Shown: positions 28,630-37,246 of the stretch, piece after piece
Position numbering within the stretch: position 1 is the stretch's first letter
Layout: each line of letters opens with the position of its first letter
Source of the DNA: SAR202 cluster bacterium AG-426-M11
GTDB taxonomy: Bacteria > Chloroflexota > Dehalococcoidia > Lucifugimonadales > UBA826
Length of the DNA: 64,000 bases
Assembly (NCBI GenBank): GCA_003213095.1
Contig: QCNV01000001.1
Coordinates: 25,340-89,339, forward strand
Direction: 5' to 3'
Notes under the pieces: model-generated
Databases searched by the model: none
What the model saw: the letters and a program-made list of their open reading frames with translations, nothing else
Told to the model about the DNA's origin: nothing
Translations under genes and position numbers: made by a program

Positions 28630-29379
28630 ATGATCATTGGAAATAACATCATTTACCTTAAAGAAACCACTTCCACCATGGATGTGTGCAAAAAACTTGC
28701 CTCAAATAAATTTAAAGAAGGGGCAGTAGTAATTGCTAACTATCAGAATTCCGGACGTGGAAGATTTAATAGAGTGTGGATTTCACCTCCAGGCATCAAC
28801 TTACACGTTTCGGTTTTATTATCACCTACTTTTAATCAAATGAAATATTTGAATATGGCTGCAACTTTATCTGTAATTGATACTATTAAAAAAATTACAA
28901 ATATTTCTGGTCAAATCAAATGGCCAAATGATGTTCAAGTTAATGGTAAAAAAATATCAGGAATACTAATAGAATCAGAATTATCTACAACTAATATTAA
29001 CTATTCTGTAGTAGGAATAGGATTAAATATTAATTTAAATCCCCAAGAATTCCCAGAAATTTCTAATTTAGCTACTAGTTTAAAAAACGAAACAAACCTA
29101 TTTATAAATAGATCAACAGTCTTACATACCTTTATTCATTTTTTTGATAATTACTACAGAATGATTAAACAAAACCAATCATTGACAAAAAAATGGTGCG
29201 ATTACTTAACTACAATAGGTCGAAATGTAGAAATTTCATTCACAGATAAGCCAGGAGAACAAACGATTTCAGGATTAGCTCACTCAGTTAATGAAGATGG
29301 ATCATTAAATTTACAACTAGATGACAGTTCTTTATTAACAGTTTCTGCAGGAGAAATTACAATAAATAAAATTGATTGA
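28630..29379 (+). CDS. birA: Biotin--[acetyl-CoA-carboxylase] ligase, no N-terminal HTH
   Basis: 249 aa. QNSGRGRFNRVW and KWPNDV motifs. Small C-terminal SH3-like domain. Confidence 0.85.
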   Translation: MIIGNNIIYLKETTSTMDVCKKLASNKFKEGAVVIANYQNSGRGRFNRVWISPPGINLHVSVLLSPTFNQMKYLNMAATLSVIDTIKKITNISGQIKWPNDVQVNGKKISGILIESELSTTNINYSVVGIGLNINLNPQEFPEISNLATSLKNETNLFINRSTVLHTFIHFFDNYYRMIKQNQSLTKKWCDYLTTIGRNVEISFTDKPGEQTISGLAHSVNEDGSLNLQLDDSSLLTVSAGEITINKID

Positions 29380-29381
29380 GG

Positions 29382-29642
29382 CTATATCAAAAACCGTGCA
29401 AACCATTGAATTAAATTAATTAATAAAATTGCTACTAGAGGTGAAAAATCAAACATTCCAGTTTTTGGCAGCAAATTTCTAATTGGAGATAAAATAGGTT
29501 CTGTAATTGCATATAAAATTTTCAATACTGGAAAAAACAAACTGCCAGGAAGTATTGTGAACCAAGAAGAAAGAACTCTTAGCAAAATAGCTACGAAAAA
29601 AATCGAACTTAAAATGTTAATAAAATTATATAAAAGTAAAAT
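29382..29642 (-). CDS. yggT: YggT/YlmG-family membrane protein, probable non-canonical (ATT) start
   Basis: The track ORF starts at TTG 29585 (67 aa). The frame is open upstream to an in-frame TGA at 29666-29664 and encodes the expected first TM helix. ATT 29642-29640 overlaps the proC stop (TAATT), with GGAG 8 nt upstream. Confidence 0.7.
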   Translation of the reverse strand: MLLLYNFINILSSIFFVAILLRVLSSWFTILPGSLFFPVLKILYAITEPILSPIRNLLPKTGMFDFSPLVAILLINLIQWFARFLI

Positions 29643-30445
29643 TAACCCAACTCCAACGATCTTTCATAAGCTGCAACAACTCCATTAATAACAGATGCTC
29701 TAAAATTATCATTTTCTAGAGAAAGGATTGCTTCAATTGTTGTTCCCGCAGGAGATGTAACCATATCTTTCAATTCTGCGGGATGTTTCCCTGTATTCTC
29801 AACGAATTTTGTACTTCCCAAAAGTGTTTGTAATGTTAATTTTCGAGCCATTTCTCTAGGCATTCCTAAATAAACCCCGGCATCTATTAATGATTCTATG
29901 AACATAAATACATATGCAGGCCCACTTGCACTCAAGGCCGTAGACATGTCCAAATATTTTTCTTCTTTTACAAAAAATTGTTTACCTAGTGTATCTAAAA
30001 TTTCCTCAATCACACTTAGAGTACTACTAGAAACTTCAGGAAAAGCCGTCCAAACTGCCATTCCTTCACTAATTTGTGCTGGAGTATTTGGCATTACTCG
30101 AACAATATTTGAATGATTTGTATAAGCCTTAATAGAATCTAAATTTGCGCCAGCAACTATTGAAATTATAGATGTTTCTGTATGAATATTACCATTTATT
30201 TCATCACATACTTCTTTTAAATTTTGTGGTTTTACCGCTAAAAATAATAAGCCTTGCTGTTTAGAAACTTCTAAATTATTGTCTGTTACCTCAATTGAAT
30301 AATTCGAACGAAGTTCTAACCTTCTTGCTTCAACAGGCTCACTTACTAAAATTTGAGACGGAGAAACCAGTTTTGACTGCACAATTCCTGAGACAATTGC
30401 TTCAGCCATTTTTCCTCCGCCCACAAAAGATATTTTTAAATCCAT
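29642..30445 (-). CDS. proC: Pyrroline-5-carboxylate reductase
   Basis: 267 aa. FVGGGKMAEA Rossmann motif, C-terminal SPAGTTIEA signature. Confidence 0.9.
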   Translation of the reverse strand: MDLKISFVGGGKMAEAIVSGIVQSKLVSPSQILVSEPVEARRLELRSNYSIEVTDNNLEVSKQQGLLFLAVKPQNLKEVCDEINGNIHTETSIISIVAGANLDSIKAYTNHSNIVRVMPNTPAQISEGMAVWTAFPEVSSSTLSVIEEILDTLGKQFFVKEEKYLDMSTALSASGPAYVFMFIESLIDAGVYLGMPREMARKLTLQTLLGSTKFVENTGKHPAELKDMVTSPAGTTIEAILSLENDNFRASVINGVVAAYERSLELG

Positions 30446-30473
30446 AAAATATTCCTGAGCTGATTATAAAAAC

Positions 30474-32921
30474 TTATTCACACTTACTATAGCCACAATC
30501 AACACAACTCAAACACCCTTCTTGATTAATTAAAACACCTGGACAATCAGGACAAATTATCGAATTTGCTTGATTTTGAAAGCTCTCATTAACTTCCTTT
30601 TTTGTTGAAGCAATTAGTTCAATTTGAGTAGCAACACTTGCAGCATCTACAGAGATATCATCACTATCAACGTTATCAGAAATATGCCTATTCAATGCTA
30701 TAGCTATAGCATCTGGTGCAGATCTAACCAATGTGCCACCATCCCAAGCTGGTTCATCAGTTATACCTCTCAATTGATCTACAATTTGGTCAGGCTCAAC
30801 TCCTGCCCTTAAAGACATAGATGCTAACCTAGCAATAGCTTGTAAATAAGCGGAATCACTACCACCTGATTTACCTAAATTTGCAAAAACTTCAAATGGA
30901 TTACCTTCTTCATCAAAATTTATAGTAACAAACATTGTTCCATGACCAGTCCTAATTCGATCAGTAATACCCGTTAATGAAGAAGGTCTCTTACGAGGAG
31001 TTTTCACTAAATCAATTTCATTTGATTGATCAGAAGACTTAGTTGAGCCAGTTTCTAGAACCTGCATTGATTTTGAACCATCTCTATAAACCGTAACAGC
31101 TTTACAACCAGTTTCCCAAGCTAACATGTATGCATCTTTGACATCTTGTACAGTTGCAGAATTTGGCAAGTTAATTGTTTTAGAAACTGAATTTGTAACG
31201 TGTTTTTGCCAAATTGACTGCATTTTAATATGAGCTTCAGCAGATACTTGCATTGAAGTTCTAAAAACATCTGCATTAATACCATGATCTCCCATAATTT
31301 TCTCAGCATTTTCTGGATCTTCTACAATTTTTTCTAAAACTTCTCGAACGGCTTGTTCAGAACCAAGCTCTTTTTCCAAGCTTTGAGTAATTGAAATTGG
31401 CGCATCTAATAATCTAGAACTTGCACCTTCATGATCTTGCCATAATACATTTGACCACCAAGCCATAGCAAAGTGCGGTTCTATACCACTTGAACATCCT
31501 GCAATTCGACTGATAGTGCCTGTAGGAGCAATAGTAATTACACTTGAATTTCTAACTGGCGGCATTCCTTTTTCTTTTAATGCAGAGTTCTCATACTCAG
31601 GAAATGGGCCTCTTTCTGAAGCTACATTAGCAGATTCATCCCAAGCAATGGAATTCAAGAATTCTCCTAACTTATCGGCCAAATCCAAAGCTTTATCAGA
31701 ATCATAAGGTAGTCCCATTCTTACTAAAGCATCAGCCCATCCCATTACTCCTAAACCAATTCTACGAGTATTTAAATTAGTTTCTCTCAACTGAGGTAAA
31801 GGAAAAGAATTTACCTCGATTACATCATTTAAAAATCTTACTGCTGTACGAGTAGTGTGCTCTAAAGATTCCCAATCAAAATCACCATCTTTAATGTGGA
31901 GATCTAAATTAATAGAACCTAAACAACAATTCCCATAATTTTCTAAAAATTCTTCTCCGCAAGGATTACTTGTTTTTATTTTGCCCATTTGAGGATTTGG
32001 GGCAGTTTCCCAAACTCTATCAATAAAAACCACACCAGGATCACCTGTTTTCCATGCAGATTCAGTAATCTCATTCCATAATTCACGAGCATTTACAGTA
32101 CTAACTACATCATTAGAAGGGCCATTGCCAGTATCTCGTGGGTTAACTAGATGAATATCCAAATCATCTTTAACAGCTTTCATAAATTCATCTGTAATTT
32201 GAACAGATATATTAAAATTTTGTAACGTATCATCGTCATCTTTACAATGAATAAATTCTCTAATGTCAGGATGGGTAATAATCAATTGCCCCATATGAGC
32301 ACCTAGCCTAAATGCGCCTTGAGTCAATGTAGCACCAACAGCTGAGTATAATTTCATTACAGCAATAGGACCACAAGCTTGACCATGTGTAGTGGCAATC
32401 TTATCTTGTTTTGGTCTCAAATCAGATAATCCAAAACCTATCCCACCTCCCCATTTCTCAATCATTGCAGCATCATTAGCTATTTTCATAATGGATTGAA
32501 TATTATCTTCTGGGGATACTACAAAACATGCCGACAAGCATCCTCTATCAGTGCCAGCATTAACTAAAGTTGGAGAATTAGGAAGAAATTTTAATGAAGA
32601 CATTAAATCATAATAAAGTTTTGCGTACTCCTGTTGTTTAGGAGTATCAGCGCCAAGAGAGACAGCATTAGCAACCCTATGAAATAATCCATCAGCATCT
32701 TCGGTAGGATCACCAGATTCATCTCGTTGTAAATATCTTTTTTCAATAATAAAACGAGCATTATCACTAAGAGGCAAACCATCAATTGGAAGATCTAAAT
32801 GCTGATTCTCATTCAATAAATTAGATGCCACCACATCGGTAATTTCGCTAGAAATACCCGCACTTGATAAAGCTTCTATTACATCTTTTAATACTTTAGA
32901 TTTTTCTGCCTCTTGAGTCAT
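30474..32921 (-). CDS. nrdJ: Adenosylcobalamin-dependent (class II) ribonucleotide reductase
   Basis: 815 aa. Active-site NPCGEEFL, class II architecture, C-terminal Cys-rich tail CPDCPG...CLSCVDCGYSKC. Confidence 0.93.
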   Translation of the reverse strand: MTQEAEKSKVLKDVIEALSSAGISSEITDVVASNLLNENQHLDLPIDGLPLSDNARFIIEKRYLQRDESGDPTEDADGLFHRVANAVSLGADTPKQQEYAKLYYDLMSSLKFLPNSPTLVNAGTDRGCLSACFVVSPEDNIQSIMKIANDAAMIEKWGGGIGFGLSDLRPKQDKIATTHGQACGPIAVMKLYSAVGATLTQGAFRLGAHMGQLIITHPDIREFIHCKDDDDTLQNFNISVQITDEFMKAVKDDLDIHLVNPRDTGNGPSNDVVSTVNARELWNEITESAWKTGDPGVVFIDRVWETAPNPQMGKIKTSNPCGEEFLENYGNCCLGSINLDLHIKDGDFDWESLEHTTRTAVRFLNDVIEVNSFPLPQLRETNLNTRRIGLGVMGWADALVRMGLPYDSDKALDLADKLGEFLNSIAWDESANVASERGPFPEYENSALKEKGMPPVRNSSVITIAPTGTISRIAGCSSGIEPHFAMAWWSNVLWQDHEGASSRLLDAPISITQSLEKELGSEQAVREVLEKIVEDPENAEKIMGDHGINADVFRTSMQVSAEAHIKMQSIWQKHVTNSVSKTINLPNSATVQDVKDAYMLAWETGCKAVTVYRDGSKSMQVLETGSTKSSDQSNEIDLVKTPRKRPSSLTGITDRIRTGHGTMFVTINFDEEGNPFEVFANLGKSGGSDSAYLQAIARLASMSLRAGVEPDQIVDQLRGITDEPAWDGGTLVRSAPDAIAIALNRHISDNVDSDDISVDAASVATQIELIASTKKEVNESFQNQANSIICPDCPGVLINQEGCLSCVDCGYSKCE

Positions 32922-32994
32922 TCAATTCTCCTATAAAACTCTTTTTCATATAAATCAGATACTAGGTTAGCACAAAATAAGAACATTTGTACTA

Positions 32995-33552
32995 CTATTT
33001 AACTGTAGAAATAGTTGTGTTTGGCTTACGCCCTCTCTTTTTATTCTTTTTAACTGGAATTTCATCATCCAAAAACGAAAGCTGGCTATTATCAGTATCG
33101 TTGGTTTTTGGCTCAAGTAAAGCATCAACTTCATCTTTAAAGTTCTCAATATCACGAAAATCTCTATAGACACTTGCAAATCTTATATAAGCAACCCTGT
33201 CTAAGTTTCTTAAACTGTTCATAACCATTTCACCAATGGCTCGAGATGAAATTTCCGCTCTAGAAAGTTTTGCTAAATCCGATTCTATATCACTAATTAC
33301 TTTATCTATACTGCCAATCGGTAAAGGCCTCTTAGCACATGCATTTTTAACACTAATCCATAATTTTTCAGTATCAAAATCTTCACGATTCCCATCACGC
33401 TTAACTACAGCAAGAGTTCGTGTTTGAATTCTTTCATAAGTAGTAAATCGAAGTGAACAAGCCAAACATTCTCTACGCCGTCTAATACTGTCAGCAGAAT
33501 CTCTTGAATCAATAACTTTAGAATTTTCACTACTACAATAAGGGCAAAACAT
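32995..33552 (-). CDS. nrdR: Transcriptional repressor NrdR with a basic C-terminal extension
   Basis: Zinc ribbon MFCPYCSS...CLACSLRFTTYE followed by an ATP-cone. I place the start at ATG 33552; the track start 33588 adds 12 unlikely residues. This gives 185 aa ending in KKNKKRGRKPNTTISTVK. Confidence 0.9.
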   Translation of the reverse strand: MFCPYCSSENSKVIDSRDSADSIRRRRECLACSLRFTTYERIQTRTLAVVKRDGNREDFDTEKLWISVKNACAKRPLPIGSIDKVISDIESDLAKLSRAEISSRAIGEMVMNSLRNLDRVAYIRFASVYRDFRDIENFKDEVDALLEPKTNDTDNSQLSFLDDEIPVKKNKKRGRKPNTTISTVK

Positions 33553-33617
33553 ACTTATAACCAAAATTACATTAAATTTACAAACCACAATAACTCGTAG
33601 CTTGAGCTTTGTACACT

Positions 33618-33633
33618 ACACCATATATTGGGG
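33618..33633 (-). promoter_or_regulatory. Candidate NrdR box upstream of nrdR-nrdJ
   Basis: The minus strand reads CCCCAATATATGGTGT, matching 12-13 of 16 positions of the NrdR-box consensus as I recall it (acaCwAtATaTwgtgt). A weaker copy, CTACGAGTTATTGTGG, lies at 33600-33585, with centres about 33 bp apart. Confidence 0.4.
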
Positions 33634-33739
33634 TATTAGCAATAAGTATTGAAGCCAATTATTAGAATTTTTTAACAAAAAATATTTGAATTAAAGGTTC
33701 TAGGAATAACAAAAAAAATGGGGGAGGGGAAAAGGAAGC

Positions 33740-33776
33740 ATATATGGGACCACAATTTTTTCATGGTCCCATATAT
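33740..33776 (-). terminator. Perfect 13-bp-stem hairpin immediately after the ftsZ stop (probable terminator)
   Basis: ATATATGGGACCA (33740-33752) pairs with TGGTCCCATATAT (33764-33776), 11-nt loop. On the minus strand it is followed by GCTTCCTTTTCCCCTCCCCCATTTTTTTT. Confidence 0.5.
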
Positions 33777-33777
33777 T

Positions 33778-34890
33778 TTATTCAGCAGGAGGAGTACCAG
33801 AAATATTACCGGATCCGCGTCGTAAAAATGGAGGTAAATCTAACGAATCTTGATCAAACTGAACTCTATTTATAGAAGACATTGTATTTTCGACATCTCT
33901 TTCCAATAAACTCTCTGTAGTAGGGAAACCTGTGGCTATAATTGTAATTTTAATTTCCCCATCCATACGATGATCAGTACTCATTCCAAAGATGATATTC
34001 GCCTCAGGATCAACTACTCTTTGAATTACTTCAGCAGCCTCATGCAATTCATTCAATTTCAAATCAGTCCCCCCGGTTATATTAAATAGGACACCAGTGG
34101 CACCTTCAATTGAAACGTCCATTAGAGGGTTTGTAATTGCTTGTTGAGCAGCATCTCTAGCTCTAGTTTCACCATCACCCCAACCTATAGACATCCATGA
34201 TGGTCCTGCATCTTTCATTATGCTAGAAACATCAGCAAAATCTAAGTTGATATCTCCTGGATTAGTAATTAATTCGGTAATTGACTGGACACCTAATCTA
34301 AGGACATCATCAGCTAATTTAAATGCATTTTCAGCAGTAACTTCTTCTTGAGAAATCACACTAAGTCTTTGGTTAGGAATTACTAAACAAGTATCTACTT
34401 TCTCATGCAATCGATCTATTCCAGCTTGCGCTTGTCTAGAACGACGAATACCTTCAAAAGCAAACGGCTTAGTAACAACACCTACAGTTAATGCTCCAGT
34501 TTCTTTTGCTATTTCAGCAATTACTGGGGCAGCACCTGTACCTGTTCCGCCCCCCATACCTGCGGCTACAAAAACCATATTTGCATCGCGTAAAATATCA
34601 TAAATTTCTTCACGACTTTCCTCTGCAGAAGCTGCACCCTTACCTGGGTCTCCTCCCACACCCATCCCTTGAGTCAATTGCTCACCAATTCTAACTCTCA
34701 CAGGAACATCACTTCGCAATAAAGCCTGAACATCTGTATTCATTACAATATATTCAACACCTGATACACGATCTTTAAACATTCTAGAAACAGCATTTGA
34801 ACCTCCTCCACCGACACCAATCACTTTAATTTTAGCCACACCTTCCAATTCTCTACCTGATATAGCGCCTGAAGCTGTATATATAGTCAT
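33778..34890 (-). CDS. ftsZ: Cell division protein FtsZ
   Basis: 370 aa. GVGGGGSNAV and GGGTGTGAAP tubulin signature. C-terminal peptide LDLPPFLRR. Confidence 0.97.
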   Translation of the reverse strand: MTIYTASGAISGRELEGVAKIKVIGVGGGGSNAVSRMFKDRVSGVEYIVMNTDVQALLRSDVPVRVRIGEQLTQGMGVGGDPGKGAASAEESREEIYDILRDANMVFVAAGMGGGTGTGAAPVIAEIAKETGALTVGVVTKPFAFEGIRRSRQAQAGIDRLHEKVDTCLVIPNQRLSVISQEEVTAENAFKLADDVLRLGVQSITELITNPGDINLDFADVSSIMKDAGPSWMSIGWGDGETRARDAAQQAITNPLMDVSIEGATGVLFNITGGTDLKLNELHEAAEVIQRVVDPEANIIFGMSTDHRMDGEIKITIIATGFPTTESLLERDVENTMSSINRVQFDQDSLDLPPFLRRGSGNISGTPPAE

Positions 34891-34907
34891 AATTCCTCCG
34901 CAAAAGA

Positions 34908-36164
34908 TTAAATTTTCAAAGTAGTTTTAATTTTGTCAAAAATTTTATTTTTAGAACTGTCACTCCTAAATTGCCTATTTTTGATATCAGCAAAATGTAG
35001 ATTTTGATTCAAATCATTGTTACCAAAAGTTAATAATCCCAAAGCAGTTGTAAATTGATCAATTTGAACAGTTTCCGGGAAAAATATTTTAGAATTAACA
35101 TGATTTTTCTGAATAATGGAATTAGGAATATATTGATCAATCATTTCAAAAAATCCTGACAAATATGAAGCACTACCAGTAATGTTAACTACTGTATTGG
35201 GATCTTCCTTAATCCCAGCATGCCTCAATTTGATATCTATTAAACGAATCAGTTCCAATGCTCGCTCTCTCATCAACTGTGCTAAATCTCGTCGTCGAAT
35301 ATTTATAGGCGTTGTCGACCCTATAACATTTATAGTGACTTCTTCGTGAATATCAATGGATCCAGGAGATGTGTGACCATACCTTAATTTTAAATTTTCA
35401 GCATCTTCATAAGACATGTTATAAGTTAAAGCGATATCATTTGTGAACTGAAAACCACCTACAGGTATCACAGATAAATAAACCATACTTCCTCGATGAA
35501 ATACAGCAATATCGGTAGTACCCTCACCAATATTTATCATGACAGAATTAACTTTTTTCTGTTGAATATTAGATGATGAATAATAGTCAGCCAATGGCTG
35601 AAAAACAAATTTCTCAACACTCAAACCTGCGCCATTCAAAGCCTGCTTCATAAGATTTGTTTGTTCCAAGTTAGAAGTAACTATATGAGTGGATACATCT
35701 AATCCTTGAGCATGCATTCCGACTGGATCAACTATTCCGCCGTGACCATCAATTTTATATCTAAATGGAAATGAATGAATGATTTCTCTAAATTCATTTC
35801 TAGCTTTTAAATTAACCTGTTTAGGAATAGAGATTATTTCTTCATAAGTAATGACACCTTGAGAACCTATTTGAGAAAAATAATCTTCTCGATTTTCAAA
35901 TCCCATTTGAGATCCACTAATAGAAACATAAACCGAATCAGAATAATCTTTAGACATTTCAACTGCTTGGGCAAAACTGTCTTTAATTGAGTCTACGGCA
36001 AGCGAAACATTTTCTATGCAGCCTTTCTTAATTCCATTGGACTTAGAAATACCAAATCCTATAACTTCTAAAGATTTCTTTTTAGATCTTTTAGCTATTA
36101 ACGTAGAAACTTTAGAAGTTCCTAAATCTACTGCTGTAATTAAATTTTGATTATTCATATGCAC
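34908..36164 (-). CDS. ftsA: Cell division protein FtsA
   Basis: 418 aa. Actin-fold motifs AVDLGTSKV and INIGEGTTDIAVF. Basic amphipathic C-terminus. GTG 36164 or ATG 36158 as start, directly abutting the rsmH stop. Confidence 0.92.
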   Translation of the reverse strand: MHMNNQNLITAVDLGTSKVSTLIAKRSKKKSLEVIGFGISKSNGIKKGCIENVSLAVDSIKDSFAQAVEMSKDYSDSVYVSISGSQMGFENREDYFSQIGSQGVITYEEIISIPKQVNLKARNEFREIIHSFPFRYKIDGHGGIVDPVGMHAQGLDVSTHIVTSNLEQTNLMKQALNGAGLSVEKFVFQPLADYYSSSNIQQKKVNSVMINIGEGTTDIAVFHRGSMVYLSVIPVGGFQFTNDIALTYNMSYEDAENLKLRYGHTSPGSIDIHEEVTINVIGSTTPINIRRRDLAQLMRERALELIRLIDIKLRHAGIKEDPNTVVNITGSASYLSGFFEMIDQYIPNSIIQKNHVNSKIFFPETVQIDQFTTALGLLTFGNNDLNQNLHFADIKNRQFRSDSSKNKIFDKIKTTLKI

Positions 36165-37106
36165 CTACACAATCTCAGCTAGCGGAATTCTTTGAGCTAT
36201 ACGTAATTTAGCACTACGGCTTCTAGGATTATTTTTAATCTCTTTTTCAGTTGGTTTAATAACTTTTTTATTAACTATTTTAATAGTGGCAGTATGATTA
36301 CACTGGCACTCAATCATCGATACAGGACAAATACAATTAATAGAATTTTTTCGTAAAAAGTTCTTCACGATTCTGTCTTCTAACGAATGGTATGAAATCA
36401 CAGAAATTTTTCCACCAAATTTCAATAATTTCATCGCTTCTTCTAATCCTTTCTCTACATTTTTTAATTCTTGATTAACATATATCCGAAGTGCTTGAAA
36501 AACTTTAGTGGATGGATGGATTTTTGATTTAGATTTTCTTTTAATATTTGAAATAATCTCAGTCAACTCATAAGTAGTTTTAACCGGACGAGATTTAACT
36601 ATAGATTTAGCGATGATTCTTGATTGTCGTTCTTCACCATATGTATAGAACATGTCTGCCAATTCAGCTTCATCTAGTGAATTTAAAACATCACTTGCAG
36701 ATACACCTTTTGTTTTATCAAATCTCATGTCTAATTCTGAATCGTACTTGAAACTAAAACCTCTTTTAGCGTCATCAATTTGTACAGAAGAAAAGCCTAA
36801 ATCTAATAAAACTCCATCAACATTCAATTCATTAAAATTTCGAGCTATTTGAACCATATCTACATAATTCCCTTTCGCAATATTTACTCTATTCCCAAAA
36901 TTTTTTAGATTTTGTCGAGCCAACATCACTGCCTCTGAATCTAAATCAATTCCTATAATTGAAGAATTTGGTATTTGTTCTAATATTTCTCTAGTATGCC
37001 CACCCATACCCAATGTGGCATCGACAAATACTCCATTATTTAATCCCTCAAATGAAGTAACTACCTCTTTCAACAAAACAGGTATATGCACCTGAACTTT
37101 CCCCAT
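36165..37106 (-). CDS. rsmH: 16S rRNA (cytosine1402-N4)-methyltransferase
   Basis: 313 aa. HIPVLLKEV, DATLGMGGH, DLGFSS and SYHSLEDRIVK motifs. Confidence 0.93.
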   Translation of the reverse strand: MGKVQVHIPVLLKEVVTSFEGLNNGVFVDATLGMGGHTREILEQIPNSSIIGIDLDSEAVMLARQNLKNFGNRVNIAKGNYVDMVQIARNFNELNVDGVLLDLGFSSVQIDDAKRGFSFKYDSELDMRFDKTKGVSASDVLNSLDEAELADMFYTYGEERQSRIIAKSIVKSRPVKTTYELTEIISNIKRKSKSKIHPSTKVFQALRIYVNQELKNVEKGLEEAMKLLKFGGKISVISYHSLEDRIVKNFLRKNSINCICPVSMIECQCNHTATIKIVNKKVIKPTEKEIKNNPRSRSAKLRIAQRIPLAEIV

Positions 37107-37170
37107 AACTATTAAATTTAACCAATTCCCTCTTCTCCACCTAATACAGGTATAATTTCACAACTGTAAT

Positions 37171-37192
37171 GCTTGCAGAGCAAGCGATTTTT
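37171..37192 (+). other. Short terminator-like hairpin in the leader upstream of mog
   Basis: GCTTGC (37171-76) AGA GCAAGC (37180-85), then GA TTTTT (37188-92). TATAAT at 37151-37156 lies upstream. No + strand gene precedes it. Confidence 0.3.
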
Positions 37193-37246
37193 GTTTCATT
37201 TTCATAGGATTTTTCGTTTTTATAAGCATTTTCAGGAGTTATCTCA

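Noticed and set aside
32922-32994. Riboswitch (for example cobalamin) or a separate NrdR box in front of nrdJ
   Set aside because: A gap of 73 nt is too short for a cobalamin riboswitch. The only palindrome there (ACAAAAT-N6-ATTTGT) does not fit the NrdR-box core. nrdJ is more simply co-transcribed with nrdR.
33744-33878. 44-codon + strand ORF starting just after the GGGGGAGGGG tract, which looks like a very strong SD
   Set aside because: It is antisense to the conserved ftsZ C-terminus. Its first codons are simply the hairpin sequence. It has no recognisable features, and the G-rich tract is better explained on the minus strand.
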